DNA of 32,000 bases from Deltaproteobacteria bacterium (GTDB lineage Bacteria > Desulfobacterota > Deferrisomatia > Deferrisomatales > JACRMM01), in the NCBI GenBank assembly GCA_016214985.1, contig JACRMM010000035.1:94052-126051 (forward strand), given 5' to 3'. Positions within the stretch are counted from its first letter, which is position 1. The number at the start of each line of letters is the position of its first letter. Positions 9,666 through 16,925 of this stretch are shown piece by piece. The position numbers and the translations under genes were made by a program. The notes under the pieces are model-generated. The model had not been told where the DNA came from. It did not search any database and saw only the letters and a list, made by a program, of their open reading frames with translations.

Positions 9666-9683
9666 GGGAGGCAGGCGCCTCCC
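9666..9683 (-). terminator. GC-rich stem-loop just downstream of the 6S-like RNA (possible terminator or processing hairpin)
   Basis: Minus strand reads GGGAGGC-gccu-GCCUCCC, a 7-bp stem with a 4-nt loop. It is followed by gucgccguuucc, which is only a weak U tract. Confidence 0.25.
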
Positions 9684-9689
9684 GGAAAG

Positions 9690-9882
9690 GACAAACTCCC
9701 CCGCTTGTGCCGTGTCCCTAAGGTTCGGTTGAACCTTGTCTGGAAAGGTGGGCGCCCTGTGTCCGCGTCTCGGACTCCCCGAGGGGCATGCCGTCAACGA
9801 CCAGGAAGGACTCCCTTTTGCCGCAACGTTGGCTCAACAGCTTCCGTTGGATCACGAACACAGCAGGGGAACCGCACTTCTC
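9690..9882 (-). ncRNA. ssrS: Candidate 6S RNA (SsrS)
   Basis: The non-coding gap between zapA and rny is 363 nt. The minus-strand 5' arm CCCCUGCUGUG (9869-9859) pairs with the 3' arm CACAAGCGGGG (9709-9699), with single-nt bulges, followed by GUG/CAC, UCC/GGG, AA/UU and GG/CC. This forms an interrupted closing stem. A large asymmetric central bubble follows, whose 3' side carries the hairpin AAGGUUC-aacc-GAACCUU (9737-9720). That hairpin is reminiscent of the GGUUCAA hairpin of E. coli 6S. The distal stem has nested GGG:CCC, CCUG:CAGG, CGG:CCG and CCC-cucg-GGG pairs. The position immediately downstream of zapA matches the E. coli zapA-ssrS arrangement. The fold was done by eye and the ends are approximate. 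Confidence 0.45.
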
Positions 9883-9896
9883 GTGGCGACGGAACC

Positions 9897-10172
9897 CTAC
9901 GAACCCGCGGACGTGATGCGCCGTGCCATGGCCTCAGCCCTCGCCTCCACCTCGGCGGCGAGGCGCTCGGCCCTGGCTTCCGTGTGCATATACTCGCTCG
10001 CGATGTCCAGAGCAGCCAAGACCGCGATGTGGAGCGTGGAAACCGAACGGCTACCGGACGCCACCTCGCGCATCTTCAGATCCACCAGATCTGCCACTCG
10101 CCGTACGTGCTCTTCCTCGGCGTCGGACCGGAGGGAGTAGGACTGGCCGAAGATCTCCACCTCGTATGCCAT
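9897..10172 (-). CDS. zapA: Cell division protein ZapA
   Basis: 91 aa. MAYEVEIFGQSYSLRSDAEEEHVRRVADLVDLKMREV...VLAALDIASEY is the characteristic ZapA pattern (I.G..Y.l....e..yl...A..vd..m). The start lies 1 nt after the zapB-like stop. Confidence 0.85.
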   Translation of the reverse strand: MAYEVEIFGQSYSLRSDAEEEHVRRVADLVDLKMREVASGSRSVSTLHIAVLAALDIASEYMHTEARAERLAAEVEARAEAMARRITSAGS

Positions 10173-10173
10173 C

Positions 10174-10425
10174 CTACGCCGTCCCGGGCTCTCCCGCCTC
10201 CAAGGCTTCCAGCCGCTCGATCATCTCCACCAAACGGCCGAGCCTCTCTCGGATGACGTCCCGTTCCTGCCGCAGCGCCTCCACCTGTCCCTCCAGGTCG
10301 ACGAGGCGCCCGTCCTTCTCTCCCAGGCTGCGCTCCAGGACGCTCTTTTCCTCCCTCAGCCGGGTGTATTGCTCGATGAGCCGGTTCAGTCTCTCTTCGA
10401 GAACGCTCAGTTTTTCCAAGTGCAT
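10174..10425 (-). CDS. zapB: ZapB-like coiled-coil cell division protein
   Basis: Continuous heptad coiled coil (LEKLSVLEERLNRLIEQYTRLREEKSVLERSL...). At 83 aa from the ATG at 10425 it is close in size to E. coli ZapB. This ATG has a GGAGGAG RBS 5 nt upstream. The longer track start (TTG 10461) would overlap the predicted -10 box. The assignment rests on size, coiled-coil character and adjacency to zapA. Confidence 0.6.
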   Translation of the reverse strand: MHLEKLSVLEERLNRLIEQYTRLREEKSVLERSLGEKDGRLVDLEGQVEALRQERDVIRERLGRLVEMIERLEALEAGEPGTA

Positions 10426-10447
10426 AGACTCCTCCGAGTCTGCCGCC

Positions 10448-10476
10448 ATGCTAGACGGCAAGGGTGATCAAGTCAA
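10448..10476 (-). promoter_or_regulatory. Candidate sigma-70 promoter for zapB-zapA(-6S)
   Basis: Minus strand reads TTGACT (10476-10471), a 17-nt spacer, then TAGCAT (10453-10448). This lies about 20 nt upstream of the zapB RBS, in a locally less GC-rich patch. Confidence 0.35.
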
Positions 10477-10486
10477 GCCGAGAATC

Positions 10487-11071
10487 TCAATCAGTTCGCT
10501 GGTCTTCCCGAGGCCCCACGGCAGCGACCTTGCGCAAGATCGCTTCGAACCGCTCCCCGAGGAGCCCATCCTCCCCCGCGGACTTGTTCACATAATAGGC
10601 GGGTTTGAGTTCGCTGAGAAGGGGCCGGAAGCTCTCGTCGATGCGGCGAGAGGAAAGGAACACGACGGCGCACCGCGCAGCGCCGAAGCCGCGCTCCACC
10701 GCCCGGAGCGCCACAGCGGTGTGCATGCCAGAAAGTCGGGGCATGAGCAGGTCGAGGATCGCCAGGCTCACTCCTCGCCTCTCTCGGAGCGCCGCGGTGG
10801 CCCTCTCGATGGCCTCGGCGCCGTCACGCGCCACAAGGATCTCGCCGGCGAGCCGCCGGGACGTCAGGAACGCCTCAAGGCCCTGGGTGAAGAAGGGCGA
10901 GTCATCCGCGACCAGCACCCGGCGGAACCGCTCGGGCGCGGCCCGCGCGCGCTTCTCCAGCGGCAGCCCACAGGAGAGGCAGCGCACCTCGGTGACGCCT
11001 CCCAGATCGACGTCGTAGCCCTGGACCTTTTCTCCGCACGCCTCGCAGTGGTACGTGGCCCCCATCGGCAC
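10487..11071 (-). CDS. Single-domain response regulator (REC) with N-terminal C4 zinc-ribbon
   Basis: The N-terminus HCEACGEKV...(16 aa)...RCLSCGLP provides 2x CxxC. The REC domain follows: RVLVADDSP (acidic pocket), LAILDLLMP (phospho-acceptor Asp), VVFLSS (Ser/Thr) and LKPAYYVNKS (Lys). No DNA-binding or enzymatic output domain is present. The start is the GTG at 11071 or the ATG at 11065. Confidence 0.8.
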   Translation of the reverse strand: MPMGATYHCEACGEKVQGYDVDLGGVTEVRCLSCGLPLEKRARAAPERFRRVLVADDSPFFTQGLEAFLTSRRLAGEILVARDGAEAIERATAALRERRGVSLAILDLLMPRLSGMHTAVALRAVERGFGAARCAVVFLSSRRIDESFRPLLSELKPAYYVNKSAGEDGLLGERFEAILRKVAAVGPREDQRTD

Positions 11072-11095
11072 CCCCTTTCCTCGCGCCCGGCGCCC

Positions 11096-13621
11096 TCACC
11101 GGTGCGCTTGATACCAGTTGTTCCCCCACCCGGCGTCCACGGAGAGGGGCACCCTCAGTGCCGCCGCACCCTCCATCGCACTGCGCACCAGCCCGAGCGC
11201 CTGCGCCGCGCGCTCTTCGGCTACTTCGAAGACGAGCTCATCGTGGACCTGCAGGATCAGACGCGCCTCCACACCTTGGGAGCGCAGAGCGCCGACGGCA
11301 TGAATCATCGCCCGTTTGATCAGGTCGGCCGCGGTACCCTGGATGGGAGTGTTGACCGCCATGCGCTCCCCAAACTCCCGCTGCTGGCGGTTTCGGCTGG
11401 CGAGCTCCGGAATGGGGCGCCGCCGCCCGAAGAGGGTCTCGGCGAAGCCCGTGCCGCGGGCCTTTACCACGAGCCGGTCGAGGAACGCCCGGACTGCGGG
11501 GAACTGGTGAAAGTACGCCTCGATCATCGTTCGGGCCGCCTCCTGCGCGATCCCGAGCTGACGGGCGAGCCCGAAGGGGCTGATGCCGTAGAGGATCCCG
11601 AAGTTGACCGTCTTCGCCTCCCTACGCATCCGGGCGTCCACCTCGGCGAGTGTCACGCCGTACACGCGGCTCGCCGTCTCCGCGTGGATGTCTCGCCCGC
11701 TGCGAAACACCTCGACCAACGCCGGGTCGTCACACAGGTGAGCGAGGATGCGCAGCTCGACCTGGGAGTAGTCGGCCGAGAGCAGCACGCAACCGGGCTC
11801 GGCGATGAAGGCCTCCCGAATCCGGCGACCCTCGTCGCCCCGGACCGGGATGTTCTGGAGGTTGGGGTCGCTCGAGCTCAGGCGGCCGGTGGCCGTCACG
11901 GTCTGGTGGAATCGGGCGTGGATGCGGCCCGTCTCGGGGTCGGCGAGAGCGGGCAGGACGTCGATGAACGTCCCCTTGAGCTTCGCGAGGCTCCGGTGTG
12001 CGAGCACGAGACCGGGCAGCGGGTGCAGGAGCGAGAGTTCCTCCAGGACGGACGCGTCGGTCGAGGGTCCGGTGGCCGTCTTCTTTCCCGCCGGCAGATG
12101 GAGCTTCTCGAACAGGATCCGGCCGAGCTGTTTGGGGCTCTGGGGCAGGAAGGGCTCACCGGCGAGCTCGAACATCTGCGCCTCGAGCGCCTCGAGGCGC
12201 CCGGCGTACTCGAGGCTCAGGGCGGAGAGGGCCGCACGGTCGACCTTCACCCCCGCGGTCTCCATCTCGGCGAGGATCGGGACCAGGGGCATCTCGATCT
12301 CTCGGCACAGGCCCAGGAGGCTCGCGCGATCGAGCTCCCGCTCCAGGGCCGCCGCCAGGGCCAGCAGCGCGGCTGCGCACGCCGCGGGGTCGCCGGTATC
12401 CGACACGGGGATGGATCGCTCCCGCGCCAGGTCCTCCCAGCGGTAGGCCCTCCGGCCCGGGGAGAGCAGGTACGCCGCCACCTCGGTGTCGAGCCACGGA
12501 GGGCCGAGCGCGACGCCCGCTCGACCCAGCTCCTCCCAGGCCGCCTTGAGACCGTGCCCGACGATCGCCGCGCCCGGGGCGCTCAGGCTCCGAGCCCAGG
12601 GCCCGAGCCCCGCCGCCCGGGGATCGAACGGGTCCCGGGCGGTGTGGGCACCGGCGAGGGCCCACGGCTGCCCCGGCGGGCCGGCGAAGACCGCGACCCA
12701 GTGCCCCGGGGGATCGGCCTCGTCGGACGCCCGCGCGGCCGGCGGCGCCTCGGCGACGCCCTCGACGCCGAGCTCCTTGAGAAGCCGGTGAAACTCGAGC
12801 TCGCGCAGCACGTCGGCGAGCGCAACTCGGTCGATCGCCCGCCGGGCGACGGCCTCGAGGCCGAAGGGAAGAGGAACGCCGGTGTCGATCGTCACGAGAG
12901 CCCGGTTCGCCAGCGCCCGCCCGCCGTGTTCGCGCAGCGCCGCTCCCCGCTTGCCCTTCTCCTCGGCCGCCCGCTCCACAACCGCCTCGAGGGTGCCGTA
13001 GCGCGCCAGGAGCCCCGCAGCGGTCTTGACGCCGACCCCGGGTACGCCCGGCAGGTTGTCGACGGCGTCGCCGGTGAGGGCGAGCAGATCCACCACCCGC
13101 TCGGGGGCGACCCCAAAGCGCTCCAGGACCTCCTCCGGTCCGGTGAACCGGTCCTTCATGGTGTCGAGAAGCCGCACTCGGGGGCCCACGAGCTGGCAGA
13201 GGTCCTTGTCGCCCGTGACGATCGTGACCTCTCGGCCGTCGGCCGTGAGCCGGACAACCAGGCTCCCCAGGACGTCGTCCGCTTCGTACCCGTCGATTGT
13301 GAGCCGCGGGATCCCCAGGGCGTCCAGGGCCCGCAGCACGTGCGGGATCTGAACCTTGAGGTCGTCCGGGGTGCCCTCCCGGTTCGCCTTGTACTCGGCG
13401 AAGAGGCGGTGCTTCTGGGTCGGCCCCGGCGGGTCGAAAACAACGGCGAGGTCCTCCGGCTCCTGCTCGCGCAGCACCCGCAGGATCATGGTGAGAAACC
13501 CGTAGACCGCGTGGGTGGGAACTCCCGTGGAGGTGCGGAAGCCCTGGAGAGCGTGGTACGCCCGATAGAGGAGGTTCGTGCCGTCGACGAGGTAGGTGCC
13601 GCCCCGGCTCACCGCGGTCAC
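11096..13621 (-). CDS. polA: DNA polymerase I (5' nuclease + vestigial 3'-5' exo + family A polymerase)
   Basis: The 5'-nuclease N-terminus reads YLVDGTNLLYRAYHAL...GYEADDVLG. Family A polymerase motifs are SADYSQVELRILAHL (motif A), RREAKTVNFGILYGIS (motif B) and LQVHDELVFEV (motif C). The start is taken as the GTG at 13621, which overlaps the upstream gene's TGA (GTGA), giving 841 aa. The track's 977-aa version adds an Arg/Gly-rich extension overlapping the upstream gene. Confidence 0.95.
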   Translation of the reverse strand: MTAVSRGGTYLVDGTNLLYRAYHALQGFRTSTGVPTHAVYGFLTMILRVLREQEPEDLAVVFDPPGPTQKHRLFAEYKANREGTPDDLKVQIPHVLRALDALGIPRLTIDGYEADDVLGSLVVRLTADGREVTIVTGDKDLCQLVGPRVRLLDTMKDRFTGPEEVLERFGVAPERVVDLLALTGDAVDNLPGVPGVGVKTAAGLLARYGTLEAVVERAAEEKGKRGAALREHGGRALANRALVTIDTGVPLPFGLEAVARRAIDRVALADVLRELEFHRLLKELGVEGVAEAPPAARASDEADPPGHWVAVFAGPPGQPWALAGAHTARDPFDPRAAGLGPWARSLSAPGAAIVGHGLKAAWEELGRAGVALGPPWLDTEVAAYLLSPGRRAYRWEDLARERSIPVSDTGDPAACAAALLALAAALERELDRASLLGLCREIEMPLVPILAEMETAGVKVDRAALSALSLEYAGRLEALEAQMFELAGEPFLPQSPKQLGRILFEKLHLPAGKKTATGPSTDASVLEELSLLHPLPGLVLAHRSLAKLKGTFIDVLPALADPETGRIHARFHQTVTATGRLSSSDPNLQNIPVRGDEGRRIREAFIAEPGCVLLSADYSQVELRILAHLCDDPALVEVFRSGRDIHAETASRVYGVTLAEVDARMRREAKTVNFGILYGISPFGLARQLGIAQEAARTMIEAYFHQFPAVRAFLDRLVVKARGTGFAETLFGRRRPIPELASRNRQQREFGERMAVNTPIQGTAADLIKRAMIHAVGALRSQGVEARLILQVHDELVFEVAEERAAQALGLVRSAMEGAAALRVPLSVDAGWGNNWYQAHR

Positions 13622-14067
13622 TCGACCCGGCACGTGGCCGAGAGCAGGACCCGGCCACCCACCTCCCGGACCTCGACGGTCCAGTCGCCCCTCTGCTCGG
13701 GCGCGACCGACCGGACGCTCCACGTCCGCCACGGCGTTCCTTTGACCTCGATCGGGAAGATCGCGACCTCCTGGCCATCGTAGAGCCAGACGTGGAGGAT
13801 CTCCGCGGGCGCCTCCGCGCCGACGACCTGGGTGAAGAAGTAGAGGCGGCCGACGTCGGCGGGAAAGGAAGTGGCGGCGCCCGCCGGCTCCTTGGCCTCG
13901 ATTCCCCTCGCGAACGCGTGGCGGGCCACCGAGAGCTCGGCGCGGGCGGGAGCGCCCCACGCCACCGCGAGCACGGCGGCCAGGGCACCCAGCGCCGGGC
14001 GCAACCCCCGGCACCGAAAGGGCGTACACCGTGCCCCGGGGCGAATCGACCTGGCTTCGTCTCGCAT
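13618..14067 (-). CDS. Secreted DUF2914-like protein
   Basis: The start is taken at the ATG at 14067 (MRDEARSIRPG...), giving 149 aa. Signal peptide LRPALGALAAVLAVAWGAPARA is present. The core VGRLYFFTQVVGA...ILHVWLYDGQEVAIFPIEVKGTPWRTWSVRSV...GDWTVEV resembles the DUF2914 pattern from memory (H.W...G, W.RtWS, G.W.V.v). The stop overlaps the polA GTG. Confidence 0.55.
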   Translation of the reverse strand: MRDEARSIRPGARCTPFRCRGLRPALGALAAVLAVAWGAPARAELSVARHAFARGIEAKEPAGAATSFPADVGRLYFFTQVVGAEAPAEILHVWLYDGQEVAIFPIEVKGTPWRTWSVRSVAPEQRGDWTVEVREVGGRVLLSATCRVE

Positions 14068-14146
14068 CCGCGTGCCGTCCCTCCGTTCGATTCGGGGTAC
14101 CGAGCCCCTCCGTGCGGGCCCCTTCCCGGCTGCTTCCTGCGAGAGC

Positions 14147-15121
14147 CTACCCCTGGAGGATCCTCGCAGCCTCGACACCAAAGTACGTCAGAATCAGGTC
14201 CGCGCCAGCCCGCTTGATGGACGTCAGGCTCTCCAGCATGAGCCCTCGGCCGTCGCCCCAGCCGAGGCGGTCCATGGCCTTGACCATGGCGTACTCGCCG
14301 CTGACGTTGTAGGCCGCCGTGGGGTAGCCGAAGCGCTCCTTCACGCGCCGGATGATGTCCAGGTACGGGAGGGCGGGCTTGACCATGACGAGATCCGCCC
14401 CCTCCTGGATGTCGAGCTCGACCTCGCGCAACGCCTCCTCCGCGTTGGCGGGGTCCATCTGGTAGCTGCGCCGGTCGCCGAACTTCGGGGGCGACTCCGC
14501 GGCGTCTCGGAAGGGCCCGTAGAAGCTGCTGGCGAACTTCGCCGCGTAGGCCATGATCGGGATGTGGCCGAAGCCCTCGCCGTCCAACGCGTCCCGCAGG
14601 GCGGCCACCCGGCCGTCCATCATGTCCGACGGGGCCACCAGGTCCGCTCCGGCGCGGGCGTGCGACACCGCCTCCCGGGCGAGCAGCTCCAGCGTCGCAT
14701 CGTTGGCGACATCGCCGTCCTCGATCACGCCGCAGTGGCCGTGGTCGGTGTACTCACACAAGCACACGTCAGTGGCCACGCACAGGTCCGGCACCGCGTC
14801 CTTGAGGGCGGCAACGGCGCGCTGGACGATCCCGTCGTTGGCGTAGGCCCCGGATCCCACCGCGTCCTTCTGGTCCGGGATTCCGAAGAGGATCACCGCC
14901 GGCACGCCGAGCCCCCAGGCGTCCCGGGCCTCCTTCACCGCCTCGTCGATCGAAAACTGGAACTGACCCGGCATGCTTCCGATGGGGTTTCGCACCCCGG
15001 TCCCCTCGCGCACGAACAGGGGCACCATGAAGTCCGATGGAGTCAAGGTGGTCTCCCGCACCATCCGGCGCAGGGTCTCGTTTCGCCGAAGTCGGCGCAT
15101 CCGAAGCTGTGGGAACTGCAT
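14147..15121 (-). CDS. hemB: Porphobilinogen synthase (delta-aminolevulinate dehydratase), Zn-type
   Basis: The ATG at 15121 ([21 protein letters not shown]...) has a GGAGG RBS and gives 324 aa. The Cys-rich Zn site [14 protein letters not shown] is present. The active-site Lys contexts are [12 protein letters not shown] and [13 protein letters not shown]. Confidence 0.95.
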   Translation of the reverse strand: MQFPQLRMRRLRRNETLRRMVRETTLTPSDFMVPLFVREGTGVRNPIGSMPGQFQFSIDEAVKEARDAWGLGVPAVILFGIPDQKDAVGSGAYANDGIVQRAVAALKDAVPDLCVATDVCLCEYTDHGHCGVIEDGDVANDATLELLAREAVSHARAGADLVAPSDMMDGRVAALRDALDGEGFGHIPIMAYAAKFASSFYGPFRDAAESPPKFGDRRSYQMDPANAEEALREVELDIQEGADLVMVKPALPYLDIIRRVKERFGYPTAAYNVSGEYAMVKAMDRLGWGDGRGLMLESLTSIKRAGADLILTYFGVEAARILQG

Positions 15122-15235
15122 CACGCCTCCTTTCTGAGGGACACCTGCCTTCGGGCGTCCCAGCGTCCCAGCTTTATCCCCAGGATGGGGTGTATCCCGC
15201 GGGCGCATGGACGCGCAGGAGCGGGGCCCAACTTT

Positions 15236-15544
15236 CTAGCCGTACCGATAACAGATCCCCATGCCTCCCATGGGATAGCGCCAGGTGATATTGGCGTGGG
15301 GGCAAGCCAGGCGGCAGGCTCCGCACTCCAGGCAGTTCTCGAAGCGCACCGCGACGCGCGTCTCCTCCGCGTTCCACTCATAGGTCGCCGCCGGGCACAC
15401 CACCGTGCACTCCCGTCCGGCACACTCCCGGCAGCGCTCGGGGTCGGCGATCGTGAGGTGGGACGCTCGGTCGGGCCTCGTCTCGTCGGCGTAGAGGCGC
15501 TCTTCGACCGTGAGGGGCCGCGCCCGGCCGCGGGGCTGCGTCAT
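15236..15544 (-). CDS. fixX: FixX-type ferredoxin-like protein (ETF-quinone oxidoreductase partner)
   Basis: 102 aa. Cys pattern CRECAGRECTVVCP ... CLECGACRLACP with the C-terminal ITWRYPMGGMGICYRYG is typical of FixX/YdiT. The start lies 4 nt after the fixC stop. Confidence 0.85.
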   Translation of the reverse strand: MTQPRGRARPLTVEERLYADETRPDRASHLTIADPERCRECAGRECTVVCPAATYEWNAEETRVAVRFENCLECGACRLACPHANITWRYPMGGMGICYRYG

Positions 15545-15548
15545 CGAT

Positions 15549-16925
15549 TCACCAATTCCTCGCCAGGTACTCCATCAGCTTGTCGGACCGTCCGTAGCCC
15601 AGCACCCGAAGCGCGTTGCGGAGCTGGAAGGCGGTCGTGGCCAGCGGCAGGAGCCCCACGCGCCGCTGGAAGAGCTCCCAGAGCTCACCCTCCCTCTCGG
15701 CCCGAGGTTTGGCCCCCACGCGCAGCGTCGCCTCGGCCAGGGCCGAAAGCGCGTCGGGCCACGCGTTCAGGACGTGAGGGTTCTTCTCCAGGAAGCCGGG
15801 CCAGTCCCGGGTGTGTTCCATGTCCTTCAGGACAAAGCTCTCCTCGAGCCTTCGCCGGTAGCCGGAGAGCGTCACGGCGCTGAAGTCCCCGGCGCGGTGC
15901 GCCTCCAGGACCGTCTCGGCCGCCAGCATCCCGGACGCCATGGCGTAGTTCGACCCCTCGTGGGACGGCGAGGTGCTCACCAGCCCCGCGGCGTCACCGG
16001 CCAGGAGGAAGCCGTCCTTCACGAGCAGGGGGATCCGGTCGTACCCGGTCTCCGGGATGAGGTGAGCACCGTACTCCAGGAGCTCCCCGCCGCGCACCAG
16101 CGGAGCGACGGCCGGATGGGACTTGAAGCGGTCCAGGAGCTCGGTGGGGTTCTGCTGCCTCGCCCCGAGCTCCGACACGAACACCACGACACCCACGGAG
16201 AGGCTTTCGCGGTTCGCGTACAGGAACCCCGCACCGCGCAGCCCGCCCGTTGCGGCTCCCAGGTACTCCCAGGCGACGCCCTGGTCGCCCTGGAGACCGA
16301 ACCGCTCCTCGATCACCTCCCGAGGAAGCCCCAGGACCTCCTTGACGCCCAGGGCCATGTGGGCACCACTCGGCGGAGGCTTGAGCCCTTCGGCCTCGGC
16401 GAGGAACGAGTTGGCTCCGTCGGCCGCGATCACGACCGGTGCCCGCAGGTCGCCGCCCTCCGCCGCCTCTCCCTCGGGCATCCTTACCCGGACGCCCACG
16501 ACGCGACCCTCCCGGTCCTTCACGGTGCGATCCACCACAGCGCCGCACACAAGCTCCACCCCTTCGGCCTCGGCCTGGGCCGCAAACCAGCGGTCGAAGC
16601 GCGCCCGAAGCACCGTGTACGAATGATTGTGCGGCGGCTCGTCCCACGCCGCGGTACGAAAGGAGAGGGCGGTCTCGGCCCGGTCCGAGAGGATCGACAT
16701 CCCCTTCTTCGCCACGTGGCGCTCGAGCGGCGCCCCGCGCTGGCGGAAGTCGGGCAGGAGCTGCACGAGGACGTCGGTGTAGAGCACCCCACCCATCAGG
16801 CTCTTCGCGCCCGCATAGGGGCCCCGTTCCAGGAGAGCCACCCGAAGCCCCCCCCGCGCAAGGGTCAGGGCAGCGCTGGTGCCCGCGGGGCCGGCCCCCA
16901 CCACGATCGCATCGAACTCGGTCAC
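15549..16925 (-). CDS. fixC: FixC-type FAD-dependent oxidoreductase (ETF:quinone oxidoreductase-like)
   Basis: The GTG at 16925 is preceded by GGAGGA and overlaps the hemY stop (GTGA), giving 458 aa. Rossmann motif FDAIVVGAGPAGTSAAL is present. FixC-like blocks are VIAADGANSFLAE and LLAGDAAGLV...EGSNYAMASG. It is paired with fixX. Confidence 0.85.
   Translation of the reverse strand: MTEFDAIVVGAGPAGTSAALTLARGGLRVALLERGPYAGAKSLMGGVLYTDVLVQLLPDFRQRGAPLERHVAKKGMSILSDRAETALSFRTAAWDEPPHNHSYTVLRARFDRWFAAQAEAEGVELVCGAVVDRTVKDREGRVVGVRVRMPEGEAAEGGDLRAPVVIAADGANSFLAEAEGLKPPPSGAHMALGVKEVLGLPREVIEERFGLQGDQGVAWEYLGAATGGLRGAGFLYANRESLSVGVVVFVSELGARQQNPTELLDRFKSHPAVAPLVRGGELLEYGAHLIPETGYDRIPLLVKDGFLLAGDAAGLVSTSPSHEGSNYAMASGMLAAETVLEAHRAGDFSAVTLSGYRRRLEESFVLKDMEHTRDWPGFLEKNPHVLNAWPDALSALAEATLRVGAKPRAEREGELWELFQRRVGLLPLATTAFQLRNALRVLGYGRSDKLMEYLARNW

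Noticed and set aside
9923-13783. 1286-aa plus-strand ORF, the longest in the track
   Set aside because: It runs antisense across zapA, zapB, the response regulator and polA, all of which have clear family motifs. Its sequence is low-complexity R/G/P/A/E with no domain signatures.
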